The notes under the pieces were generated by a model. It searched no databases. It saw only the letters and a list, made by a program, of their open reading frames with translations, and was not told the origin of the DNA. Shown in pieces: positions 34,863 through 43,355 of a DNA stretch of 64,000 nucleotides (its first letter is position 1; each line of letters opens with the position of its first letter). The stretch is from a virus, in IMG/VR virus record IMGVR_UViG_3300032579_000010, positions 1-64,000 of that record; one strand, written 5' to 3'. Both the position numbers and the translations under genes were made by a program.

Positions 34863-35057
34863 TTACTTCGTTATTACAACTCCGCAGTCACAGACAAGCG
34901 AAGTGCCAGTCATTGTCGTTACTTCGACGGTGTTTTCGTGCTTACAAGCATCTGGTGGCGACAGTAGTTTCTCTACTGCGTTCAGCGCCTCAAGAGAAGC
35001 CTCGTTACTGCGCTTGGCTGCTCGTATGCACTCTAAGACAAGTTCTAGTTCGCTCAC
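34863..35057 (-). CDS. Small Cys/His protein
   Basis: CKH...CDCG; GTGA overlap with the terminator gene. Confidence 0.55.
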   Translation of the reverse strand: MSELELVLECIRAAKRSNEASLEALNAVEKLLSPPDACKHENTVEVTTMTGTSLVCDCGVVITK

Positions 35058-35482
35058 TGCTGAACCATAACTCGAAAGTTTGTTACAAAGCGAGGACGGT
35101 TTACTTCGTCATACGCCAAGAGGTTTGGTGTTCCCGTCGGCTCGAAGCGCAGGATGTCAATACCGTCAATCACGGTTTCCTGAGTGATTCCACCAAGTAT
35201 CTGGCGAATCTGCTCGGCTAGGTCGTAAGCGCCGGGGTAGTCCTCAGGGTTGCCACGAACAAGGATTTGGACACGAGGGTGCTCAATCGCACTGACAGCG
35301 GTACCCATTGTGAAAGAAGGCGGTGTTCCCAAGTACTGCTGAACAAGGACAACTTGATTTGGTGCCTCGGCAGGAAGGCGACCAAGAAACAAGTTAACGC
35401 CAAGGGTGAGTTGTTGATTGGACGGCAATGAAGCGGTTTGGGCTGGCAGGTATTGTCCGATTGCGTCAAGAAGTGTTGTCAT
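35054..35482 (-). CDS. Tail terminator / tail completion protein
   Basis: LFLGRLP, PRVQILVRG, DEVNRPRFVTNF; position. Confidence 0.75.
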   Translation of the reverse strand: MTTLLDAIGQYLPAQTASLPSNQQLTLGVNLFLGRLPAEAPNQVVLVQQYLGTPPSFTMGTAVSAIEHPRVQILVRGNPEDYPGAYDLAEQIRQILGGITQETVIDGIDILRFEPTGTPNLLAYDEVNRPRFVTNFRVMVQQ

Positions 35483-35988
35483 TATTCGCCCGTCATTTCA
35501 CTAGAAGTTGTATCCATAAAGTCGTCATTGGGTTCCGTCAGGTCGTTACTAATGCTACCTGAGCCACCTTTGGTGCCAAATCCGTGAGAACTCAGTACTT
35601 GGGCAATACGGGATTTTATTTCAGCAAAGAGGTTGTTTTCATTTTGCGCCATTGGCGTTTCTAGGTATTTTGCCTGAGTTGGAGCGGCGTGAGCGTTCTG
35701 TAGTTCCTCGTGGACATAAACGGCATAATCAACAATGTCATTGCCGTACTGTATAGAAACTTGTTCTTTGTTTTGCCCAGCAACTTCGTTAGTAATCAAC
35801 TGACCAGAATCACGCAAAGCACCAGTTTTCACTGGAACTAACTCTTGGCTTTCCTCAAAAATCTTTGTCATTACCTTCATAGAACCCTGCCTGAACGCCG
35901 AGAGTGCCTCTTTGTGAAGGTTATTTTTGTTGTACTTGAGCGCCTGAACGCTTTTGTCGTCCAGTTTGATGCTTATGTCCTTAGCCAC
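35482..35988 (-). CDS. Neck / tail completion protein (HK97 gp10-like)
   Basis: VPVKTGALRDS, YAVYVHE, AKYLE motifs. Confidence 0.8.
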   Translation of the reverse strand: MAKDISIKLDDKSVQALKYNKNNLHKEALSAFRQGSMKVMTKIFEESQELVPVKTGALRDSGQLITNEVAGQNKEQVSIQYGNDIVDYAVYVHEELQNAHAAPTQAKYLETPMAQNENNLFAEIKSRIAQVLSSHGFGTKGGSGSISNDLTEPNDDFMDTTSSEMTGE

Positions 35989-35998
35989 TTTCCACCAC

Positions 35999-36412
35999 CT
36001 ACTCGAAGTGGAGGACTGTGTTGTATCCCATCAAGCCTGTTTCGTCGTAGTTGTTCTCGACGTACATAAGGATTGGGTTTCGTAGGGCTGGCTGTGTTTG
36101 GCTGGGAACCGTTACTCGTGCTTCAGTGGTGATTTGCGGATAAAACCCGTCAAGATACGCACGTCCGCTACTTACACGGTCACGTCCGTCCACCGTGGCA
36201 AGAACCTTGATTTCGTACTCAAGGCGGCACTTAATAATGTGACTTGAGCCGTATTCCACCAAAGAGTCGCTAGTCCCGTCAGATTCGATGTAGTGACGAC
36301 CATACCCGTCAAGAACCGCAGGGGCACTTTGACCCGTTGCGTTAGGGGTCGCCACGATGATTTCCACCATAATCTCTTGGGTCATCATGGCGAGAAGGTC
36401 TTGGTCAATCAT
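35999..36412 (-). CDS. Head closure (stopper) protein
   Basis: Size, DGYG motif, beta-rich; between adaptor and gp10-like genes. Confidence 0.65.
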   Translation of the reverse strand: MIDQDLLAMMTQEIMVEIIVATPNATGQSAPAVLDGYGRHYIESDGTSDSLVEYGSSHIIKCRLEYEIKVLATVDGRDRVSSGRAYLDGFYPQITTEARVTVPSQTQPALRNPILMYVENNYDETGLMGYNTVLHFE

Positions 36413-36912
36413 TACAGGTCGCTATCTATAGTCATACCGATTCCTTCACCCTCGTATTCGGGGTTGGAACCAGTGCCATACGTCGTTGATACACCCAAAG
36501 CCGAGTCGCTGGGCCATGAGTTCGGCATGAGCCAGTAAGGGTCAAGACCACCAACAACCAGTTCAGCACCAAGAGCGCTAGGATTGGCGTTGGGCATTGG
36601 CGTATTGACACGGCGTGAGCGTTGTAGCAGTTCCATGCTGAGCGCCTTGTAGCGAGAAGCACGGTCACCATAGGACTTGCTCAGGTCAAGACCACCAACC
36701 GTCTTGCTCTCACTCTGGGCAAGACCTACAAAGGTAGCGGCGATGTTGGAGCAGGCGTTGGCGGCGGCTCGATACGGCTCGTTATTCACCTCAGCCAAGC
36801 ACCAAGCGATTTCCTCGTCCTGAAGCAACTGCTCGCCAGCGTTTGTATCGCCAATCAGAAAGCGAACAGCGTCCTTAGGCGAGTTGGTTGGGTCTTCTGA
36901 GTAAGTCCAAGA
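36412..36912 (-). CDS. Head-tail adaptor/connector
   Basis: Likely start MSWTY; DAVRFLIGDT..LLQDEEI, VGGLDLS motifs. Confidence 0.75.
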   Translation of the reverse strand, partial: SWTYSEDPTNSPKDAVRFLIGDTNAGEQLLQDEEIAWCLAEVNNEPYRAAANACSNIAATFVGLAQSESKTVGGLDLSKSYGDRASRYKALSMELLQRSRRVNTPMPNANPSALGAELVVGGLDPYWLMPNSWPSDSALGVSTTYGTGSNPEYEGEGIGMTIDSDL

Positions 36913-36919
36913 CATTTCA

Positions 36920-37246
36920 CTACTCCAATACTGAGGCATCTATGCGCATTGTGCCGGTCATAATGCGTGAGTGCCCCGTGTTGTTCGTTGCTGTTAGTTG
37001 GATGTACCACATACCGGGTGTGAGTACGGCAAGTTCGTTGGGTGCCCATTCGACAAACAAGTTGGGGTTGGTCGAGAGTCCAACGAATCCAGTTGTCTTG
37101 GTTATTTTGGCAAGAGAAGGCGGTTGCCCCACGGTCATCTTGAACGTCCAGCCTTGGCTGAGGTCAATGGTGTTGCCGTTTGTATCAACCCAATGGAACT
37201 GGGCGGCTGGGAGGCTGGCGGCGTTGGTGGGGTAGTGGATTGTCAT
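36920..37246 (-). CDS. Small beta-sandwich adaptor (BppU N-terminal-like)
   Basis: DTNGNTIDLS..W..K...LTPGMWYIQL...G pattern. Confidence 0.55.
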   Translation of the reverse strand: MTIHYPTNAASLPAAQFHWVDTNGNTIDLSQGWTFKMTVGQPPSLAKITKTTGFVGLSTNPNLFVEWAPNELAVLTPGMWYIQLTATNNTGHSRIMTGTMRIDASVLE

Positions 37247-37965
37247 TAGTAACCTTCTTGAGTCTTTCCTGTCTCAAAGTATGCGATTGAACCCTTGTTA
37301 GGCAGGTCTTCTGGGTAAGAAGTTTCGTCGTCATTGAATGAGGCTGTAATACTATCCTCACCGCTGATAGTTAGCGCCTCGCTCAACTGCTCGTAGTCAT
37401 TGAGCGTCGGCAACAACATTATTTCAGCAATGTCGGAACTACGCAGGTAGTTGACTTGCTTTTCATCTTGGGCGTATTGAGTCTCTACCGCCGTGCCGAC
37501 CATTTCACCACGAACAATGTTGGTAAGTCGGTATTCGCTCTGGTTGCTGAGTTTCTCGGTGACAACCTCGAAGGCAAGTAGGTTTGCTCGCTTGGTGACG
37601 GCGGTGACCAGTTTGGCTTTCGCCTCGCTGAACTCCTTGAGGGCAACTTTGCGCACTGATTCTGACGCTAGTTTTCCCCTAAGTTCCGAACCGGCTACGA
37701 ACACGGCTTTCTTGGCGGTTTGAACGCTCTCTCGCTGGGCGTTTTCAGTACGACGCAAGTAGGACAGACGGCGTGAAGTAGAAATGTCCTGCTTCTGGTG
37801 TGACGATGAGCCAGCGAAGTAGGTGTGGTAGGTACGCCCGTAGCCCAAAGCGGAACCGTTAAGGAACGAGTCGCTGATTTGCAATGTGTAACGGTAGGCA
37901 AAACCGTCAAAATAGAAGGTATCCACGCCACCGAAGGGTCGGGTGATTGCGTAGTTTGAAGCCAT
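37246..37965 (-). CDS. Hypothetical, probably structural protein
   Basis: AAGGA SD; coupled to the adaptor gene. Confidence 0.6.
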   Translation of the reverse strand: MASNYAITRPFGGVDTFYFDGFAYRYTLQISDSFLNGSALGYGRTYHTYFAGSSSHQKQDISTSRRLSYLRRTENAQRESVQTAKKAVFVAGSELRGKLASESVRKVALKEFSEAKAKLVTAVTKRANLLAFEVVTEKLSNQSEYRLTNIVRGEMVGTAVETQYAQDEKQVNYLRSSDIAEIMLLPTLNDYEQLSEALTISGEDSITASFNDDETSYPEDLPNKGSIAYFETGKTQEGY

Positions 37966-38036
37966 GTAGCACCGTTCCTTCTAGTGGGGATTTCACCACC
38001 AGTTTAGAACAGGTTTGCTTTTACGCCGTTGTGAGA

Positions 38037-38819
38037 TTATGCCTCTACATCCTCTGGTTTGTTCCTGCCAACGGCTATTTGATGTTCAGGAAACGGGTTT
38101 CCCCAAGCGTCCAAACCACGGAAATAAAGGCGACCTGCTTCGTGGGGTTTTGTTTTGTCTTCGTTGCCACGAAGCCGTGAGAACTCACGAACCGTAGCCG
38201 CCTCGGCGGTGATTTGTTCCTCGCTAAACATTTCGTCGGCATAGACCATTGAGAACTCGTCAGCGAAGTGACGTGGAACCATTACAAAAGCACCGATTGG
38301 CTCACCTTTGCGGAAGTGGATGTCAAGGTTCGGCTCCGTGATTTTGAGGTTGAACGTGAAGTCTCGCCTTAGGTTGTCAGTTTCCACCACCCCCGTCATA
38401 TGGGTAATGCCACGCTTAAAGAAGTTGGGTGGGTTGATAGTCATAATGTTCACGCCAATGGGGGTGCGAATGTGCCAGTTGTTTTGTACCGTAAAAATGC
38501 CAGAACCAAAGTGTCCCTCGTAGTTCTGAATGGGGTTTTCCACCTTTTGCCAGTCAACGGTTACGTCCGTATTTGCGTCGCCCCCGTTCCAACGAACAGT
38601 CAAGTCAGTTTCAGCACGGACGACAAACCCGTACTGGTTGCCAATGGCTAGCGGTAGGCAGTAATAGAAGTGCGAGTTAAACCAATCACGACGACGCTGA
38701 CCAGCCAACGGCTCTAACAACTTGCTGATGCGTTCTTTGCTCTTGCCGTATTCGGGCAAGACGACCATTGTTTTCTCTGGGATTTCAGCACCAGACTCGT
38801 TGATGGCAGTCTCGTTCAT
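38037..38819 (-). CDS. DUF6065-like protein (paralog A)
   Basis: YYCLPLAIGNQYGF, PPNFF, GVVETD, KGEPI. Confidence 0.65.
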   Translation of the reverse strand: MNETAINESGAEIPEKTMVVLPEYGKSKERISKLLEPLAGQRRRDWFNSHFYYCLPLAIGNQYGFVVRAETDLTVRWNGGDANTDVTVDWQKVENPIQNYEGHFGSGIFTVQNNWHIRTPIGVNIMTINPPNFFKRGITHMTGVVETDNLRRDFTFNLKITEPNLDIHFRKGEPIGAFVMVPRHFADEFSMVYADEMFSEEQITAEAATVREFSRLRGNEDKTKPHEAGRLYFRGLDAWGNPFPEHQIAVGRNKPEDVEA

Positions 38820-39574
38820 TTTTTGGGCTTTCTTATGAATACTTGGTGGTCGCTAAAAGGGTTTTCAAATGCGTCAACCCCACGTCGGTAATGGTTTTCA
38901 GGACTACCGGGGATAGAGCGCAGTCTGTCGTGTTCGTCTCCCGATGACAACTCGGTGGCGATTTCATCAGGCGTGTAAAACTCGTCCGCAAAGTGTAGCG
39001 AGAAACTATCTACAAAGTACCTAGGAATCAGTATGAACGAGGCTATCGGCTCACCCTTTTTGAAGTGAATAAGCAAATCTGGCTCGGTGATTTTTAGATT
39101 AAAAATGAAGTTCCGACGCAGATTGTCCGTCTCTATTACCCCAGTCATGTGGTGAACGCCACGCTTGAACCAGTTGGGTGGCTGTACGGTCATAAGGTTC
39201 ACGCCGAGTGGTGTCCGTAGCAACCAGCGATGCTCGATAGTTACTGTAGCCCAGCCAAAATGTGATTTGTATTCTTGTACGTCATTCCACTGTTGGTCAT
39301 GTAACACCTCTACGTCGTCTGGCGTGTTTCCACCATTCCATAGTACGGAGAAGTCGTTTTCCGCCCTTATGACAAAGCCGTATTGGTTGCCAATAAGCAT
39401 TGGAAGGCAACGAAACATAGAGCCTGACATCCAATCACGTTTCTTTTCACCAACCAAAGGCTGTAGAAGTTCCAAACAACGTTGCTTCTCCTCTTCGCCC
39501 GTCAAGTAGGGAATAAGCAACAAAGTATTTTCGGGAATCTCTTTGCCCTCTGAGTTGATAATGGGCTGGCTCAT
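38816..39574 (-). CDS. DUF6065-like protein (paralog B)
   Basis: FRCLPMLIGNQYGF, PPNWF, GVIETD; aligns by eye with paralog A over its whole length. Confidence 0.65.
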   Translation of the reverse strand: MSQPIINSEGKEIPENTLLLIPYLTGEEEKQRCLELLQPLVGEKKRDWMSGSMFRCLPMLIGNQYGFVIRAENDFSVLWNGGNTPDDVEVLHDQQWNDVQEYKSHFGWATVTIEHRWLLRTPLGVNLMTVQPPNWFKRGVHHMTGVIETDNLRRNFIFNLKITEPDLLIHFKKGEPIASFILIPRYFVDSFSLHFADEFYTPDEIATELSSGDEHDRLRSIPGSPENHYRRGVDAFENPFSDHQVFIRKPKK

Positions 39575-40167
39575 TTGGAAAGGGAATCCGCCATTGTTGG
39601 GTCAAAGCACCAGAAACCAGCGCAGGTATAGCGAGTGGCGTTTTTCACCTGACGAACCCCGTGCAACCACTCGGTTGTGCCGGGGAAACTCACCATCATT
39701 CCCGGCTCGCCAATGACTTCCATATCTTGATTGGGGAAGTAAGTTCCACCACCCTCGTAATCGTCGTTCAAATAAATGATTGAGGCGTACCTGCGCCAAG
39801 GGTAGGGGTTTGGTGAACCGTCAGGTTCCTCTGCGTCAGCGTGGGGTGGCTGTTCCGTACCTTCGGGCCAACGAACCAGTTGAAAGGTGTCGGTGTACAA
39901 GGGTAGTGTGAGTTGCCGTGTTACCGTAATGTGGTCACGGATTCGTTTGTGAATGTCAACAAGGGTTTCGTAGACCTTTATTGAACGTTGGTCATTTTTT
40001 ATTTCACCAAAACGACCAATCGTGTTGGCGAACATCGCCCTGCCGTTCCAAAAAGGCTGGTCTGGTGAAGACCAATCCCACTGGTCGTGAGAGTACTCGC
40101 TCTTAGCGTGGTCGAGAAGGATTTTCACCTCGTCCTCGCTAATGAAGTTTGGGTTGACAGAAATCAT
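39571..40167 (-). CDS. Fe(II)/2OG oxygenase, prolyl-4-hydroxylase-like
   Basis: HAD...IIYLNDDYEGG...HGV....RY. Confidence 0.85.
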   Translation of the reverse strand: MISVNPNFISEDEVKILLDHAKSEYSHDQWDWSSPDQPFWNGRAMFANTIGRFGEIKNDQRSIKVYETLVDIHKRIRDHITVTRQLTLPLYTDTFQLVRWPEGTEQPPHADAEEPDGSPNPYPWRRYASIIYLNDDYEGGGTYFPNQDMEVIGEPGMMVSFPGTTEWLHGVRQVKNATRYTCAGFWCFDPTMADSLSK

Positions 40168-40913
40168 TTATTTCCCCTTACTAGGCGGTAAAACTTTTTT
40201 GAATAACTGTTTTTGCGGTAAGTGTTCTTTTGGTTTCGCCACTCTTCGTCGTATCCTTGAGCGTTGGAGTTCATTTCACTATACCCCTCACGAGTAGCCA
40301 GCAAAAGACCGGGGCGATACTCAAGGGAGTAATCCTCTCGCTTGAACGGGATTATTTGTACGAATGGTGTTCCAGCAGGAATAACGCCCTCAAAGTCATT
40401 GCGCAAGTAAAACGCAATCTTGCCCGTTGGCATTTTGTAGTACCCGTCCATTACGGCAGACAGGGTGATAAACGGCACGTCAAACCTGTTGAGGGGCTGT
40501 GTGAACAAGCAACTGTAGCCTTCGGGGATTTCCAGCGAAAGCCTGTTATCCCAAGAGAACGATACGGGGCTGTAACCGTGGGGGGCTGGCATCATTCCTA
40601 CGTCGTTGGCTTGACGCTCACCCATTACCTCAGAGGCGGAACTCATCCGCAACACTCCGTTTTCTTTGGTGACTATGTATTCCTCAGGGGTGAGAAGCAA
40701 ATACCCGATAGTAAGTGCCTCAATAAAGGGTAGGCAGTGTTTGACCGAAGGCATTTCACCACCGTCGACGCTTTTGAAAACAAGGGGGATTTTCTTGTAC
40801 CAGTCAGGAACAAGTTGTGAGGTTGATTCGATTATTGGGTTGTCGCCGCAATGGTCAAGGTCGTAATAAAAAGTGACCTTTTCACCGCTACCAGTACTTG
40901 TCGAAGTTTCCAT
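40164..40913 (-). CDS. DUF6065-related CLP-motif protein
   Basis: PDWYK, KHCLPFIEALTIGY, PLNR, GTPFVQIIPFKRE. Confidence 0.55.
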   Translation of the reverse strand: METSTSTGSGEKVTFYYDLDHCGDNPIIESTSQLVPDWYKKIPLVFKSVDGGEMPSVKHCLPFIEALTIGYLLLTPEEYIVTKENGVLRMSSASEVMGERQANDVGMMPAPHGYSPVSFSWDNRLSLEIPEGYSCLFTQPLNRFDVPFITLSAVMDGYYKMPTGKIAFYLRNDFEGVIPAGTPFVQIIPFKREDYSLEYRPGLLLATREGYSEMNSNAQGYDEEWRNQKNTYRKNSYSKKFYRLVRGNK

Positions 40914-41616
40914 TTAAGTGTGCATCACCAAGATATTTGGGCGTTACGTTACGGCACCAGAAGGCTGTATTAACGTAACGAACTCCATTGGCAATAGGGT
41001 TAATGCCGTGCGGATTCTCCACCGTTCCCTCAAAAATGACTAATAAACCCGGCTTGGGCTTAATCATAAAGTTATTGTGTCGAGGGAAGTAGATTTCACC
41101 ACCATCAAAGTCGCCGCTGAGATACAACATACTGGTGTAGTGCTTTTGAGTGTTGTAAATGCGGTAGATTTCCTCGGCGGCAGGTGGGAACCACATTTCG
41201 TTGTAATCAGCAGGCAGGTCAGTTTCACGGTTGAAGTCAGGATTTATGTAGTCAATGTGTGGTTGTTGCCAGAATGGTTCGTGCCACCGCACGATTTCCC
41301 ACGACTCAAGGAAGATGCTGTCGTGAGTCCTCTCAAAGAAGTTTTCCACCTCAATGCGTGAGCGTTCCTTAACGTCCCAAGCGAGAGAAAGCAGTTCGGG
41401 GCAAAGGCGAAGCGAGGCAATCTGGTGAAGGTCAATAACCCTGTCGTTCCACTGCGTGTTGAACTGAGCACGGTGCTCTTCCTTTATGTCGCTATCTACG
41501 CCAATGTTGGCGATTGACCATAAATCCGATTTCTTGGACTCTTCAATCAGGAACTCACAGTTTTCAGTACTAATGAAGTTCTCAATAATCCTTACTTTGG
41601 GCGATTCGTAGTCCAT
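40888..41616 (-). CDS. Fe(II)/2OG oxygenase, prolyl-4-hydroxylase-like
   Basis: HID...LYLSGDFDGGE...HGI....RY. Confidence 0.85.
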   Translation of the reverse strand: MDYESPKVRIIENFISTENCEFLIEESKKSDLWSIANIGVDSDIKEEHRAQFNTQWNDRVIDLHQIASLRLCPELLSLAWDVKERSRIEVENFFERTHDSIFLESWEIVRWHEPFWQQPHIDYINPDFNRETDLPADYNEMWFPPAAEEIYRIYNTQKHYTSMLYLSGDFDGGEIYFPRHNNFMIKPKPGLLVIFEGTVENPHGINPIANGVRYVNTAFWCRNVTPKYLGDAHLNGNFDKYW

Positions 41617-42179
41617 TGTTCCTCCGTAACTTGACCACGGATTACATCAATGTAATCTGGTCCTTTTGTGTAAAACCAGTGGTCAGGCTCTACAAAATGA
41701 AAAAACACCATGCCAACAATCTGGTTCTCTGGGTCGGGTATTGCCTCACGCCAGTGCTCCTGTTCATTCCCGTAGTAGGCAAGGGCTTGGTTGGGCATAA
41801 GTGTGTAGGACTTGCCTTCGACAAACAAGTCCCAAGGACGGTTTTGATACAGGCACATATCTAGCGTGTAGGTGCAAGCGTTATCGTCTTTGTGGTGGAA
41901 AAGGTTGGGTATTGCGTTGCCATTTTTTTGGTATTGGGCAAAAAAAGCGTAACTGGGCAGTAGGGAGTGACTATTGAATACCCTGCGAGCCTTCCAAACC
42001 GAGCGAGTAAAAGCCTCACGCAATAGTGGGTTTCTCGTGTCGCTTAGGCAGTACCGACCAAATCCCTCGTCGTAAGAGTTCTCCTGAACAATGACGGATT
42101 TCAGTGCCTCAGAAATGTACTCGTAGTAGTGAGGCTCAAATAGATTATCAACGATTACGGGTTCTCTCATTTTACCCAC
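41592..42179 (-). CDS. Fe(II)/2OG oxygenase-like protein
   Basis: HKD..CTYT...HWRE...FFHF. Confidence 0.7.
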   Translation of the reverse strand: MGKMREPVIVDNLFEPHYYEYISEALKSVIVQENSYDEGFGRYCLSDTRNPLLREAFTRSVWKARRVFNSHSLLPSYAFFAQYQKNGNAIPNLFHHKDDNACTYTLDMCLYQNRPWDLFVEGKSYTLMPNQALAYYGNEQEHWREAIPDPENQIVGMVFFHFVEPDHWFYTKGPDYIDVIRGQVTEEQWTTNRPK

Positions 42180-42775
42180 TGCACTATTGCGTATCGGGTG
42201 CCACGCATAACGGGCATCACCTCGTGTGTGTACATAAAGTTTGATGGAAAAATAATCAACTGCTTGGCTTGTGGCTTAATGCTTAATCCAAAGTTGTCAA
42301 ACAGGATTTCACCACCCTCGTAATCATCATTGACGTAGTAGCAAAGCGAGACACGACGAAGGAGCGCACTACCGTCGTCGCAGTGGTCACGGAAACGCTG
42401 TCCAAACCCATATCGAAGGATTGAAAAGTCCTCGTACACATTCTCTAGGTCAACATTGTATTTTTGCTTGTACTGGTCGTAGTAAGGGGCAAAGGCTTCG
42501 TAAAGTTTTTGAGACACAAACACCTTCAACCAATCAGGTGATTCTTTCAGAGGCATTGGCTCGTCTTTGATTGGCTGAGGCGCTGTATAAACAAAGCAGT
42601 TTCGTGATTTCGTATTAACAAAACCTTCACCGTTTTCACCAATGACCATAGACGGTTCCCAAAGGCTCACAAGACCCTGAGATTCCTGCTCAATCAAGTC
42701 AATAATGCTATTGCTTGTTGGAAAGACGTTGTATGCGGTGACAATGCCGGGGGCGATTTCTGTAAACTGTTCCAC
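42167..42775 (-). CDS. Fe(II)/2OG oxygenase, prolyl-4-hydroxylase-like
   Basis: HCD...YVNDDYEGGE...FPSNFMYTHEV....RY. Confidence 0.85.
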   Translation of the reverse strand: MEQFTEIAPGIVTAYNVFPTSNSIIDLIEQESQGLVSLWEPSMVIGENGEGFVNTKSRNCFVYTAPQPIKDEPMPLKESPDWLKVFVSQKLYEAFAPYYDQYKQKYNVDLENVYEDFSILRYGFGQRFRDHCDDGSALLRRVSLCYYVNDDYEGGEILFDNFGLSIKPQAKQLIIFPSNFMYTHEVMPVMRGTRYAIVQWVK

Positions 42776-42803
42776 ATCACCACACTACAGCATAAACCAC
42801 CCT

Positions 42804-43349
42804 CTACGCCGAGGGCATAAAGTCACCAAAAACGACGGCAGCCCTTTGTCTTGTAAGACTTTTCACCTCGTGGTCTACGCCACTGGGCATAAAGAGGATG
42901 TCGCCGGGTTCTAATACAAACTCGTAGTTTTCACCATGACCTTTTCGAGTGTCCCATAGTTGCCACGAGGAACGACCAACGCAGTTCAAGTGGAACATAT
43001 TGCTATGGTCGGCGTGTCTAGTTACGCCCGTTAAGGCATCGCCTTCATTGGACTCGGAAATAAACATATACATAGAAACACCAAAGGTTTCGTCACGGAT
43101 ACTGTCTAGTTCGTTCCAAACAAACCTCAGTCCGTTTAGTTGGTCGAGGTGTTTCTCAAACTCTATACCGTCGAAATACACGGCACAAAATGTTCCTTCG
43201 GGGTAAGCAACTGCCCACGGTGGTGGGTTATCCCGAAGAGGAACAAGTTGCTTCCAATCAGGCATTTCAGTAACTAGACCACGAATAACAACGGGTTTGG
43301 ATAGGTCTAGTGATGAAATGTGCTCGGAAAAGGTAGCCATAGAACCCAC
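42804..43349 (-). CDS. JmjC/cupin-type hydroxylase
   Basis: HAD.......G...W...LEPGDILFMPSGVDHEV. Confidence 0.8.
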   Translation of the reverse strand: MGSMATFSEHISSLDLSKPVVIRGLVTEMPDWKQLVPLRDNPPPWAVAYPEGTFCAVYFDGIEFEKHLDQLNGLRFVWNELDSIRDETFGVSMYMFISESNEGDALTGVTRHADHSNMFHLNCVGRSSWQLWDTRKGHGENYEFVLEPGDILFMPSGVDHEVKSLTRQRAAVVFGDFMPSA

Positions 43350-43355
43350 CCCCGA

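Noticed and set aside
38037-43349. Enzyme block as a DNA hypermodification cluster
   Set aside because: No recognisable TET/JBP, DNA methylase, thymidylate synthase or nucleotide kinase motifs, and it sits among structural genes. Disfavoured but not strictly excluded.
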